The notes below the pieces were generated by a model. The model did no database searches. It was given only the letters and a program-made list of their open reading frames with translations, and had not been told where the DNA came from. The position numbers were made by a program, and so were the translations under genes. A DNA stretch of 50,845 nt from Pirellulales bacterium (GTDB lineage Bacteria > Planctomycetota > Planctomycetia > Pirellulales > UBA1268): positions 1 through 50,845 of the forward strand of contig JBMLMS010000301.1 of assembly GCA_049243925.1 (NCBI GenBank), written 5' to 3'. Shown piece by piece: positions 35,202 to 44,423 of this stretch; position 1 is the first letter of the stretch, and every line of letters starts with the position of its first letter.

Positions 35202-36137
35202 ATGGCGGAACGTGCCAAAGAATACTTCCGGTATCTGGCGGTCGATCCGCGCGACCAGGCCTGGGGCTTGTGGGTGACCGGCGGCGGCTACCAGCCCGCC
35301 GCCGCGGGGGCCGACCCGATCCCCCGCCGCCGCCATCCGCCCGGCCACTTCTACACGTGGGAGGCGGGCCGCGTGCTCGCGGAATTTGCCGTCGTGTATG
35401 TGACGCACGGCGCGGGGGAATTCGACTCGCAGGCCACCGGCCTCATGGACCTGCTCCCCGGGGATGCGGCGCTCGTGTTTCCCGGCACGTGGCACCGCTA
35501 CCGGCCGCGGCGCGACACCGGCTGGGGCACCTATTGGGTGCACTACCACGGGGAGATTCCCCTGAGGCTCCTCTCGGCCGGAGTGTTCGGGCCCGCCCGG
35601 GCCGTGGTGCGGACGGGCGTCGACGCGCAGCTGCTCGATGCGTTTCGCCAGTTGCTCGACGGCCTGCGGTCGGGCTCGGCCAATTGCGGCGTGGTGGCGG
35701 CGGCCAAGACGATGGAGATTCTCGCACGCTTGCAGGAGGCCGCGGCGCCGCGGCAGCGCGTGCCGCAGGTGCAGCAGGTGATCCGCCGTGCGCGGCTCGC
35801 GCTCGAGGCCGACTCGGCCGGGATGCCCGGCATCGAAGACCTCGTGGCCGGCTCGGGCATGAGCCGCACGAATTTCTTCCGGGCGTTCAAGGATCAGACC
35901 GGCCAGAGCCCGTATGCCTATCACCTCCAGCTCACGATCCGCCGCGCCGAGGAGATGCTGCGCAACTCGACGCTCTCGGTGAAGGCGGTGGCCACGGCCC
36001 TCGGGTTTCGAAACCCCTATCACTTCTCGAAGCTCTTCAAGAAGAAGACGGGCTTCGCCCCGCGGGCCTACCGCGACCACTGGCAGGGCCTCGCCGGCGA
36101 GGAGCGCGGCGCACCGCGCACGCCAGGCCGCGGGTAG
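35202..36137 (+). CDS. AraC-family regulator (cupin-like sensor + HTH)
   Basis: It is divergent from the GFO/nagB operon. HTH: GMSRTNFFRAFKDQTGQSPYAYHLQLTIRRAEEML and ALGFRNPYHFSKLFKKKTGFAPRAYR. Confidence 0.85.
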   Translation: MAERAKEYFRYLAVDPRDQAWGLWVTGGGYQPAAAGADPIPRRRHPPGHFYTWEAGRVLAEFAVVYVTHGAGEFDSQATGLMDLLPGDAALVFPGTWHRYRPRRDTGWGTYWVHYHGEIPLRLLSAGVFGPARAVVRTGVDAQLLDAFRQLLDGLRSGSANCGVVAAAKTMEILARLQEAAAPRQRVPQVQQVIRRARLALEADSAGMPGIEDLVAGSGMSRTNFFRAFKDQTGQSPYAYHLQLTIRRAEEMLRNSTLSVKAVATALGFRNPYHFSKLFKKKTGFAPRAYRDHWQGLAGEERGAPRTPGRG

Positions 36138-36143
36138 AGTCAC

Positions 36144-36542
36144 TTATGTCGAAGGGAGCATCCTCTGCAGTTCGGCCGCCAGTTTCGTGGCGTCATCCAC
36201 GACGGTTCGACCAGTCGCCACATCCAGCGAAAAAAGCGCGGTATACACCGACTTCGTCCGTAGTTCCGCCAGCCGGTCGAAGACACTGCCCCAGGATCGA
36301 TCAAGACGGCCCGTTTGAATCAATCGCTCATGCAGGGCAGACCGCACCGCCGAGTGGCGTTTGAGCGTCAGCCCCTCCTGCAGAAAAATCGCCGAGAGAA
36401 GATGGAAGCAGGAGTAATAGGCGTGGTCTGCCGCGAGTTGCGGCACCCCGGCCTCGAGTTCGCGTTCCGCTGCATCCAGCCGCACGCGTGCCCGCTCGAT
36501 CGACCACGCTATCACGCGGGCGCGGGCCTCGTCCGGGCTCAT
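36144..36542 (-). CDS. HEPN-domain protein (toxin half of a MNT/HEPN pair)
   Basis: A 132-aa all-helical protein. Its ATG overlaps the MNT gene's stop (ATGA-type overlap at 36539-36542). The helical layout, including AADHAYYSCFHLLSAIF, is typical of the HEPN partners of minimal nucleotidyltransferases. Confidence 0.65.
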   Translation of the reverse strand: MSPDEARARVIAWSIERARVRLDAAERELEAGVPQLAADHAYYSCFHLLSAIFLQEGLTLKRHSAVRSALHERLIQTGRLDRSWGSVFDRLAELRTKSVYTALFSLDVATGRTVVDDATKLAAELQRMLPST

Positions 36543-36940
36543 CGTGAGACAGCCTCCGGACGGCGAATCGACCGTGCGTGGGGAGCCAGCGGCACGTCGA
36601 TGCCGTCGCGATCAATCTCGTGGCGAATGCCCAGCACCTGATACACGCCGTGATACCACTCATCGGCACTCAGCCGTAGAGGGCTGATGATACAGTGATG
36701 GCGATGCTGCACGGGCTGCATCAGGTTGGTCACCTGGAAGCCTTCGGCGACGGTCAATGGCCGGCTGGTGAGAATCAGCAGATCGATATCGCTGTCGGGA
36801 CGATCGTCACCGCGAGCCTTCGAGCCGTAGAGCACGACACGCTCGACTGGCAAAAGTGCGGCGAGGCACTCGGCTGCTTCGAGCACGGCGGCACGGTCAT
36901 TGGCGGCAAGTGGCAGCTGATCAAATTCAGTCAGAGGCAT
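36539..36940 (-). CDS. Minimal nucleotidyltransferase (MNT, antitoxin half)
   Basis: VVLYGSKARGDDRPDSDIDLLIL is the GS-x10-DxD Pol-beta-superfamily signature. ATG at 36940. Confidence 0.8.
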   Translation of the reverse strand: MPLTEFDQLPLAANDRAAVLEAAECLAALLPVERVVLYGSKARGDDRPDSDIDLLILTSRPLTVAEGFQVTNLMQPVQHRHHCIISPLRLSADEWYHGVYQVLGIRHEIDRDGIDVPLAPHARSIRRPEAVSR

Positions 36941-36983
36941 CGTCGTGAGACTCGCTCGCAAGGTTCTGACGGAACGTGCGTTC

Positions 36984-37013
36984 AGTATATGTATCAGGAC
37001 GTCTGCTGGTCAA
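36984..37013 (-). promoter_or_regulatory. Candidate promoter of the MNT/HEPN operon
   Basis: On the minus strand: TTGACC (37013-37008), an 18-nt spacer, TATACT (36989-36984), about 44 nt upstream of ATG 36940. Confidence 0.35.
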
Positions 37014-37084
37014 CGTGGAATCCAGGCGGTCCGGCAATCGACGAGAACCTTGGCCGGCGACTGACGTCACGATCGAACTGCAAC

Positions 37085-37690
37085 TCACGCCTGCGGCAGG
37101 AGCGAGCCGAGCGTGAATTCGATGCCGGCGAGAGCATCGCGGCCGGCCATGCTGCCGCCGCAGGTGAGGGAGCGGTCGGGTTCGAATATCTCGTGTTCCA
37201 GAAACCGGCCCGCCTCCGGCCGGCGGAAGACATGCGTCCTCCGCGACAGGGCCTCGATCACCCACACCTCGGGGATGCCGGCGGCCCCGTAGAGTGGCAC
37301 CTTCACCTCGAGGTCGAAGGGGAGCGTCGTGTCGGCAATCTCCACCACGAGCAGGGCATCGGCCGGGCCCGGATGGCCCGCTGCGTAGAAATCGGATCGC
37401 GGCCTCAGGATCGTGACGTCGGGCTGCGGCTGGCTCGTGTCGTCGAGCGCGAGCGGGTTTTGCACCCACACGATGGCCAACTCACCGAGACGCTGGCTGA
37501 AACTCGCGGCGAGGCGGGCCACGAGCGCTGCATGCAGGCTGCCGATGGGGGACATGTCGATGATCTCTCCGGCGATCAGTTCGACCCTGTCGTCCGGCGC
37601 GAGAATTCCGGCCTCGCCCATCCGCTGAAACTCCGCCACGGTGAGCCGGTGTCGGGAGGCGGCAACGATGTCGGCGGGAAGCGTGGCCAT
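37085..37690 (-). CDS. Uma2-family (DUF820) restriction-endonuclease-like protein
   Basis: LTVAEFQRMGEAGIL..DRVELIAGEIIDMSP, PQPDVTIL, LVVEIADTT...D...KVPLYGAAGIPEVWVI give the family's D..E.x..K-like layout. Confidence 0.8.
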   Translation of the reverse strand: MATLPADIVAASRHRLTVAEFQRMGEAGILAPDDRVELIAGEIIDMSPIGSLHAALVARLAASFSQRLGELAIVWVQNPLALDDTSQPQPDVTILRPRSDFYAAGHPGPADALLVVEIADTTLPFDLEVKVPLYGAAGIPEVWVIEALSRRTHVFRRPEAGRFLEHEIFEPDRSLTCGGSMAGRDALAGIEFTLGSLLPQA

Positions 37691-37921
37691 CGGGCGGTCT
37701 CGAACAGGCTCAGGAAACCAGCAGAGGTCAGCGACAGGAAAACCGAAACACTGGCATCGGCAGCCGCACGACACTGTATCGTACGGCCGCACAGGGCGGA
37801 ATTCCGGAGAAAGTATACGGGCGTATAGTATTTGGCAAGTGTCGGGCTTCGGGGGCGGGCGTGCCGGGCGCCGCGTCTCCGCGTAGGCTATCGCCCCTGA
37901 AATACCGCAGGAGCCTCCAGC

Positions 37922-39238
37922 ATGCCCGCGTTGCTCGTGATCGCCGCCGCCATCGCCGTCCTCGTGGCGCTCGTCGTCTGGGCGAAGGTGCATCCCTTCC
38001 TGGCGTTCGTCCTCGTGTCGGCGGCGGCGGCCGTGCCGCTCGGCATGCCGGCCGGCGATGTGGCGGGCGCCGTGCGCAAGGGCATCGGCGACATCTTCGG
38101 CACGCTCGCGATCGTGATCGTCACCGGGGCGATGCTCGGCAAACTCGTGGTCGAGAGCGGCGCCGCCCAGCGGATCGCCGACACGCTCGTGAAGGCGTTT
38201 GGCGAGAAGCACATGGCCTGGGCGATGGCGCTCACGGGGTTCATCGTCGGCATCCCGCTCTTTTACGGCGTGGGCTTCGTGCTCCTCGTGCCGATCATCA
38301 TCGCCGTCGTCAGCCGGTCGCGGCAGCCGCTGCTCGTGGTGGCGCTGCCGGCGCTGGCGTCGATGAGCGTGGCCCACGGGCTCCTGCCGCCGCACCCGGC
38401 GCCGACTGCGCTCGTGGCCACGTTTGGCGCGAGCCTCGGCCTCACGCTGCTCTACGGCTGCGCGATCGCGGTGCCGGCGCTGATTCTCGCCGGGCCGGTG
38501 TTCGGCCGCACGCTCGGCGGCATCGTGGCGAACCCGCTGCCCGGGCTTGCCGCCTCGCCGCGGCCCGAGGTGGAATTGCCGGGCACGTTCGTGAGCGTGG
38601 CCACGGCGCTCCTGCCGGCCGTGTTGCTCGCCGTGTCGGCGGTGGCCGACGGTGTCGTGGCGAAGGGATCAGCCGCCGCCGCGGTCGTGAAGGTCGTGTC
38701 GGATCCCGACGTCGTGATGGTGGCGTCGCTCCTCGTGGCCACGGTCACGCTCGGCCTCGCCCGCGGCCGGTCGCTGCCTGCGGTGATGCACACCTTCTCG
38801 GGGGCCATCGGCGACGTGGGCTCGATCCTGCTCGTGATCGCCGGCTCGGGCGCGTTCAAGGAGGTGCTCGTGAAGAGCGGCGTGAGCGCCGAGATCGGGC
38901 AGATGCTCCAGGGGCTGCCGGTCGATCCGCTCCTGCTCGCGTGGCTCGTGACGGCGGCAATCCGCGTGTGCGTGGGCTCGGCGACGGTGGCGGGGCTCAC
39001 GGCCGCGGGCATTCTCGCGCCGGTCGTGGCGGCGGGAGGCGTCGATCCGAATCTGATGGTGCTCGCGATCGGGGCGGGCAGCCTCGTCTGCTCCCATGTG
39101 AACGACTCGGCATTCTGGATGTTCAAGGAGTATTTCAACGTCAGCCTGGGCGACACGCTCCGCAGCTGGACGGTGATGGAGACGATCGTGTCGCTCGTGG
39201 GCCTGGCGGGCGTGCTCGTGCTCGCGCGGCTGGTGTAA
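37922..39238 (+). CDS. GntP-family (gluconate/sugar-acid:H+) permease
   Basis: 438 aa, very hydrophobic. GIGDIFGTLAIVIVTGAMLGKLVVESGAAQRIA and a C-terminal VNDSAFWMFKEYF are characteristic of GntP permeases. Confidence 0.85.
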   Translation: MPALLVIAAAIAVLVALVVWAKVHPFLAFVLVSAAAAVPLGMPAGDVAGAVRKGIGDIFGTLAIVIVTGAMLGKLVVESGAAQRIADTLVKAFGEKHMAWAMALTGFIVGIPLFYGVGFVLLVPIIIAVVSRSRQPLLVVALPALASMSVAHGLLPPHPAPTALVATFGASLGLTLLYGCAIAVPALILAGPVFGRTLGGIVANPLPGLAASPRPEVELPGTFVSVATALLPAVLLAVSAVADGVVAKGSAAAAVVKVVSDPDVVMVASLLVATVTLGLARGRSLPAVMHTFSGAIGDVGSILLVIAGSGAFKEVLVKSGVSAEIGQMLQGLPVDPLLLAWLVTAAIRVCVGSATVAGLTAAGILAPVVAAGGVDPNLMVLAIGAGSLVCSHVNDSAFWMFKEYFNVSLGDTLRSWTVMETIVSLVGLAGVLVLARLV

Positions 39239-39257
39239 CCCGCCACTCCCTCGCTCG

Positions 39258-39308
39258 CGCTTCGGGCTTCCAGATGACCACGCAGAAAGCCCGAGGCGTA
39301 AGCCGAGT
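39258..39308. repeat. REP-like palindromic element, copy B (inverted relative to copy A)
   Basis: CGCTTCGGGCTT (39258-69) pairs with AAGCCCGAGGCG (39287-98), a 12-bp stem with one G.U pair. Positions 39287-39307 are the exact reverse complement of 21840-21860. It lies between the convergent gntP and lipase-like genes. Confidence 0.75.
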
Positions 39309-39344
39309 GGATCCCGCCGGATTCGGTGCCAGGCACCGTTTTCT

Positions 39345-41378
39345 TCATGCGCCCGGCACGATGAACTGCTTCAGGTTCGTGACGTTCACGGTCGTGCGGC
39401 CCTGGCTGGCGGCCGAGGGCACGATGCTGAACTGGATCTGTTTGATGTTCAGCGGCCCGGGGTGCTTGAGCAGGCTGCCGAGGCTGAGCGTGGCGAGGCC
39501 CTGGCCCGTGCCCAGCTGCTTGGCCGTCATCAGGAAGACCGTCTCCTGCGTGCGGCCGAAGCCCGTGTTGACGGTGATCTGCAGCTGATCGTCGGCCTCG
39601 ATGGCCGTGAACTGCAGGTTGAACGAGATGCCGAACGAATCGCCCTGGGAGAGCGTCGGCGTCTTGAACGTATACGCCTTGGTCACGGTCTGGCCCTGGC
39701 CGTTGCCTGAGATGGTGACGGTGCCCGTGAACGGCGGCTGAGGCTTGGACGGGTTCGCCACGGGCCGCAGCGTGAGCAGCGCGGGCTTGGGATCGAATGT
39801 GGCCGTGGTGGCCTGCGCATCGGCCGTGAGTGCGAATTGCTGGTCGGCCTTCGTCACCCAGGCCTGCGTGGCGTGCGCCGGCACGGGCTTGGCGACGCCG
39901 GGATTCGTCACCAGCGGCGACCACTGGTTGGCGACGGTCGGCGTGGGATTCGACGACCAGGCGGCGCTGCCGCCGGCATACCACGCGGGGGCGTAGCGAT
40001 GGGCGAACGAGTCGAACGCCTGCCCGGACGACCGCTGGATCGGCTGCGGATTGAGCGAGACATCCACCACCTGCTGCAGCGTCGAGACCTTCACGGCTGA
40101 CGTTGCGAAGGGATCGTAGCCCTGGATCTGCCCCAGGCGACGGTCGAGCTGCGAGATGTAGTTGTCGACAAACGTCGTGCCCGCCGCCTGGCCGCGATCC
40201 ACGTTCAGCGCCGAGAGGAAATACCAGAGATTGTTGGTGGCGTTGAAGGCCGTCACGCTCGGGCCCTGCTCCGGCGAATCGAGAATCGTGAGTTGATTCA
40301 CGGTCATGCCCTTCGGCCGCAGGAGCGTGGCGGCGACCGTCGCCACCTTCGAGCCGTGGCTATGGCCGATCAGGTGCAGGCCGCGGGGGCCGCCACCGGC
40401 CGTGGGCAGCACCTGCTCGAGCGCCGTGGCGAGCCGTGCGCCGTTGAGCGTCGTCCGCGATTCCGACGCCCCGGGCAGCGTGGTCGCCGAGTCGTCGATC
40501 CAGCTGTAGGCGAGCACGACGGCGTCGGGGTCGGCCTGCCGCAGCTGTGCCGCGAGGCCCGCGGGCGTGATCTGCGTGGCCGGATGGAGCAGCCTGCCGT
40601 CTTCGCCGCTCTGCGGCAGAAACATATACGCGGCGACGGGCTCCGTCGGTGGGGCCGACTTGCCGGCGGCGGGCTGGAGCGACGCGTGGTCGATCGTCTG
40701 CCACCACTTGAGCGGGTTGGCGGCCGTGCCGTTGGTCGCGGGCACGCCGGCGTAGTTCACCGCCCAGCCGTGCACCACCACATACACGTTCTTGCCCTGC
40801 AGCCGCGCATCGCCGGCCACGAGGGGCTGCCAGTCGCCCACACTCGGCGTGGCAGAAGCCGGCTCGTAGATCGCCAGCCGCGTGAGCACGTCGGCTTCAG
40901 CGGGGGCGACAGCTCGCGAGGCCCAGCCGCGGCGTTGCTCGATCGAGAGCGCATAGCCGCCGGTCGCCGGGCCGCTGTCGGGGCTGGCCGCCGGGCCGCC
41001 GATGACGACGCGATACACACCGCCGGCGGCGGCGAAAAACGTGAAGTCTGCAGCGCGACGTGGCCCCACGCCCTGGGTGGCTGCCGTCGCGATCAGCGAT
41101 CCATCGGGCGCGTGCACCGTCATCCGCGGTGCGAAGGCGCCGCCGGAGCGAGCGGTGAGCGACACCCGTGCCCCGGCAGTCGACGTGAACGAATAGGAAT
41201 CGACGTCGTCGCTGGTCGCCACGCGGCCCACGACGAGGAAGTTAGACGAGCCCCGCAGCACCTGCGACGTGGCGGCCGAATCGTTGCCCTCCACTTCACG
41301 CACGGGCAGCAGCGCGGCGAGCATGGCCCGCCGATCGAGTGGCTCGAGGGTCGGGCAAAACGTGGTTGTGCGTGCCAT
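39345..41378 (-). CDS. Secreted-type protein: PPC-like domain + alpha/beta-hydrolase (lipase-like) + C-terminal beta-rich region
   Basis: N-terminal LEPLDRRAMLAA motif. EVEGNDSAATSQ...DDVDSYSF resembles a pre-peptidase C-terminal-like domain. VYVVVHGW and HLIGHSHGSKVA (GxSxG nucleophile elbow). ATG at 41378. Confidence 0.6.
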   Translation of the reverse strand: MARTTTFCPTLEPLDRRAMLAALLPVREVEGNDSAATSQVLRGSSNFLVVGRVATSDDVDSYSFTSTAGARVSLTARSGGAFAPRMTVHAPDGSLIATAATQGVGPRRAADFTFFAAAGGVYRVVIGGPAASPDSGPATGGYALSIEQRRGWASRAVAPAEADVLTRLAIYEPASATPSVGDWQPLVAGDARLQGKNVYVVVHGWAVNYAGVPATNGTAANPLKWWQTIDHASLQPAAGKSAPPTEPVAAYMFLPQSGEDGRLLHPATQITPAGLAAQLRQADPDAVVLAYSWIDDSATTLPGASESRTTLNGARLATALEQVLPTAGGGPRGLHLIGHSHGSKVATVAATLLRPKGMTVNQLTILDSPEQGPSVTAFNATNNLWYFLSALNVDRGQAAGTTFVDNYISQLDRRLGQIQGYDPFATSAVKVSTLQQVVDVSLNPQPIQRSSGQAFDSFAHRYAPAWYAGGSAAWSSNPTPTVANQWSPLVTNPGVAKPVPAHATQAWVTKADQQFALTADAQATTATFDPKPALLTLRPVANPSKPQPPFTGTVTISGNGQGQTVTKAYTFKTPTLSQGDSFGISFNLQFTAIEADDQLQITVNTGFGRTQETVFLMTAKQLGTGQGLATLSLGSLLKHPGPLNIKQIQFSIVPSAASQGRTTVNVTNLKQFIVPGA

Positions 41379-41414
41379 GGGAAATCTCCAGACGAATTCG
41401 ACTATACTCCGGAC

Positions 41415-41927
41415 ATGAAAGCGTGGCACGTGATCGGCGTGGCGGTTCTCGTGGGCTGTGCCCCCGGGGCGTTTCCCAAACAGGCTGAGCCACCCGCCGC
41501 GAAGGCGGAGCCCGCCAAACCCGCGCCCATGAAGACGCGGCAGACGCTCGGCAAGACCACGCAAAACGTCCTCGAGCTTTCGAAGGCTCTCGAAGAGGGA
41601 GCGGTGCTCGCCGAAACGTCGATCAAGAGCGACGGCCTCGAGATCGCTTCAGAGGCCTATCGCACGCAGGTGGGCAAGGCCGGCTCGCTCGCCGTCGAGC
41701 AGCGGATGCAGCACTACAACGCCGAGCACGGCGAGTATCCGCAGACGTATGACGATTTCATGACGCGGATCATCGGCAAGGGCGGGCCCGACTCGATCGC
41801 CCTGCCGATGCTGCCCTACTATCAGGAGTGGGCCTACGACGTGGCAAACCGCAAGCTCGTGGTCGTGGAGTTTCCCGCCAAGAGGGAACAGCGCCAGCGG
41901 GAAACGACCGGGGCCGCCGGGCTCTGA
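41415..41927 (+). CDS. Lipoprotein, unknown function
   Basis: MKAWHVIGVAVLVGC is a lipobox (LVGC). A Pro/Ala/Lys-rich linker and a ~120-aa domain follow. TATACT (41403-08) sits 6 nt before the ATG. Confidence 0.6.
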   Translation: MKAWHVIGVAVLVGCAPGAFPKQAEPPAAKAEPAKPAPMKTRQTLGKTTQNVLELSKALEEGAVLAETSIKSDGLEIASEAYRTQVGKAGSLAVEQRMQHYNAEHGEYPQTYDDFMTRIIGKGGPDSIALPMLPYYQEWAYDVANRKLVVVEFPAKREQRQRETTGAAGL

Positions 41928-41973
41928 GCGAACAGCCCGGGCGGCCCCTTGATCGTTGCTGTCGCCGGCGTGA

Positions 41974-42420
41974 TCAGCGGAGCCGAGGCGCCGCGCCGCT
42001 CAGGCTGCCCGCCGAGCCCCGCACGTTTCCCGCCATGCCGCTGAAGCCCCGCATCATCCCCACCAGGGCGGTGAGCCGCGGCGAGATCAGCGTGAGCAGG
42101 TAGGTGCGGCGCAGTTGCGGAGACGCTGCTGGATTGCCAAGCATCGCGGCGATCGGGCTGATCCGTGGCGACACGAGGCCGAGGAGGCTGAGCCGGCCGG
42201 CCTGCGTGCCCATGCCGCCGAGCTGGAACATCGACACGGCGTTGCTCAGCCGCGGGGCGATCAGCCCGAGCGGGCTGGCAGTGGGCACGCCCGGCACCGT
42301 GCGCATGCCCGGCACGAGAGGTTTATTGAGGCGGGCAAACAAGCCGCCCTGAGCGAGGCACACGCCCGTCGGCATCGAGAGGGCCAGTGACAAGACCGAC
42401 ATCAAAAGAACACGGTGCAT
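41974..42420 (-). CDS. Small secreted Met/Gly/Leu/Pro-rich protein with three L(I/V)(A/S)PR(L/I)(S/T) repeats
   Basis: Signal peptide MHRVLLMSVLSLALSMPTGVCLA. Repeats: GLIAPRLSNAVSMF, GLVSPRISPIAAML, TLISPRLTALVGMM. I recognise no family. Confidence 0.45.
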   Translation of the reverse strand: MHRVLLMSVLSLALSMPTGVCLAQGGLFARLNKPLVPGMRTVPGVPTASPLGLIAPRLSNAVSMFQLGGMGTQAGRLSLLGLVSPRISPIAAMLGNPAASPQLRRTYLLTLISPRLTALVGMMRGFSGMAGNVRGSAGSLSGAAPRLR

Positions 42421-42695
42421 GAAAAACGTCCTGAAAAAAATGGGAGAGACCGTCGTGGCCGAAACACCTCGGTGGGAGGGCCTCGGAGGGCCATTCGTGG
42501 CCCTAACCCGACGGTAGTTCGACCCTTCTGGAATGCAAGGCACGGCACCGGCGCGGTCCGGCCGCCCGGGCAGATGCCGGGACTGCCGGAAAACAGGTAC
42601 CTCGCTCGGCGGTTCCCGCGAACCGAACCGACGCATTTCCCTGGGCGTCATGATACCGTGAGGACTGTCACCAAGGAGGGTCGTGCGTGCAGACG

Positions 42696-43331
42696 ATGAG
42701 CAAACGAGCCAATCGAAACAATCCGCCGCGAGCGTTGCGGTGCCTGATCGTGGAGGATCAGACAATGTTCCTCCAATTGCTCGTGGGGATGCTGCGCACG
42801 ATGCCGGGCGTCGAGGTGCGGACGACCGCCACCACCGCCGCCGCCGCGATCACCGCCTGCCGCGACGGGGAGTTCGATCTGCTCATCCTCGATCTGAAGC
42901 TGCCGGATGGCAAGGGAATCGACGTGCTGCGCGTCGCAGTCGAAACTCTGCCCGACATCGAGTGCATCGTGCTCTCGAGTGCCGCGGATGAATTCGCCTG
43001 CCCCCAGGCGTTGCTTGGAAGCCTGCGGGCGGTTATCGATAAGACGCAAGCCTATGACCAGTTGCAGGATGCGATCGCCGAGATCTTGCGCGGGCGAGGC
43101 ATCCCGACACCGTGCAGGGCCGATGCTGCGGCCACCCTGCGGCCGCGCGAACTCGACGTTTTTCGCCTGATCGGCTGCGGCATGACTACCGCGGATATCA
43201 GCGAGCGTCTCGGGATCACCAGGCACACGGTCGAGACGCACCGCAAGAGCATCGCCGCCAAGCTCGATGCCAAGGGGGCGGAGTTGGTCAGGCTGGCGAC
43301 GATCCACAACCAGACCTCGCTGCCTGAGTGA
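42696..43331 (+). CDS. NarL/LuxR-family response regulator
   Basis: The receiver domain has CLIVEDQ, DLLILDLKLPDG and AVIDK. The LuxR HTH has LRPRELDVFRLIGCGMTTADISERLGITRHTVETHRKSIAAKL. Confidence 0.85.
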   Translation: MSKRANRNNPPRALRCLIVEDQTMFLQLLVGMLRTMPGVEVRTTATTAAAAITACRDGEFDLLILDLKLPDGKGIDVLRVAVETLPDIECIVLSSAADEFACPQALLGSLRAVIDKTQAYDQLQDAIAEILRGRGIPTPCRADAAATLRPRELDVFRLIGCGMTTADISERLGITRHTVETHRKSIAAKLDAKGAELVRLATIHNQTSLPE

Positions 43332-43340
43332 GGCCGACGC

Positions 43341-44423
43341 ATGAAGCGGCTTGGCCTGCTCCTCGTGATCGTGGTGTTGTTCGCCGCCGTGTGGCGGCAG
43401 CTCGACCGGATTTCGCTGGTCGTGATCGGCCAGCCCTCCTCGTCGGGCACGATCCAGCGGGAGAAAGAGTCGCCGTTTTTCCAGACGTTGCAGGCGTCGA
43501 CGCGGCTTCCGATCCAGGTGACCTACCGGCCGCTCGAGGCGCTGGGCTTCAAAGACACGCACCAGCTCCAGATGCTCGAGGACGGCCTGTTCGATCTCGT
43601 TTCGCTCCGGTTTTTGCAGAACCGCAAGGCCGAACCGTGCCTCGAGGGCATCGATCTGGCGGGGATGATTCAGGATCATCGCACGGCCCACGCCGTGACC
43701 GTCGCATATGCCCCCACGCTCGATCGTTGCCTGCAGGAACGCTTCGGGGTGAAACTGCTGGGGGTGTGGACGTTCGGCCCCCAGGAGTTTTTCAGCCGTG
43801 AGCCGATCCGTGGGCTCGACGACATCAAGGGGCGAAAGGTTCGTGTCGGTGACGCGTCGCTGGCCCCCATCATCACGGCGATCGGGGGCATTCCCGCGGT
43901 GATTCCCTTCGATGACACCAGGCAGGCGCTCGAGATCGGGCTCGTGGATTGCGCGGTCACCAGCGCCGCCTCGGCGACCTACGCGGGGTGGACGCAGCAC
44001 GCGCCCCACTATTTTCCGCTGGCAGTGCACTTCGGGCTCAATGGGTATGTCATCTCGCTGAAGAAGTGGAATGCCCTGTCGCAGCGGCAGCAGCAGGTTC
44101 TCCAGGAAGCGTTCGATGCCTACCTCGCCGATCTGTGGCGGTTCTCGGAAGAACTCCACTCCACGGCGCTTCGCGGAGGCGCTGGCCTGATGTGTAGTCG
44201 GGGCGATTGCCCGGAGCTCACGGTCGCCGAGGTCGCGCCGGAAGACCTCGTCAGGCTTCGGGAGCTTTCGCTTGCCGTCGCGCTGCCGTCGTGGGCGGCC
44301 CGGTGCGAGACAGTTCATCCGGGGGGAGTCGAGGAATGGCGTACCACGCTCGCGACGCTCCTCGATCTTCCGCCGCTGTCCGCTGCAGGAGCGCACCCTT
44401 CCGGCGACCATCAGGCACGATGA
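43341..44423 (+). CDS. TRAP-type (DctP-like) periplasmic solute-binding protein, no transporter partner in window
   Basis: N-terminal hydrophobic anchor. DDIKGRKVRVGD, IGGIPAVIPFDDTRQALEIGLVDCAV and VISLKKWNALSQRQQQVLQEA follow the DctP-family pattern. Its TGA overlaps the kinase ATG. Confidence 0.6.
   Translation: MKRLGLLLVIVVLFAAVWRQLDRISLVVIGQPSSSGTIQREKESPFFQTLQASTRLPIQVTYRPLEALGFKDTHQLQMLEDGLFDLVSLRFLQNRKAEPCLEGIDLAGMIQDHRTAHAVTVAYAPTLDRCLQERFGVKLLGVWTFGPQEFFSREPIRGLDDIKGRKVRVGDASLAPIITAIGGIPAVIPFDDTRQALEIGLVDCAVTSAASATYAGWTQHAPHYFPLAVHFGLNGYVISLKKWNALSQRQQQVLQEAFDAYLADLWRFSEELHSTALRGGAGLMCSRGDCPELTVAEVAPEDLVRLRELSLAVALPSWAARCETVHPGGVEEWRTTLATLLDLPPLSAAGAHPSGDHQAR

Noticed and set aside
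42495-42535. tRNA-like T-arm string (GGTAGTTCGACCC) in the 42421-42695 intergenic region
   Set aside because: I could not build an acceptor stem, an anticodon arm or a D-arm around it, so I make no tRNA call.
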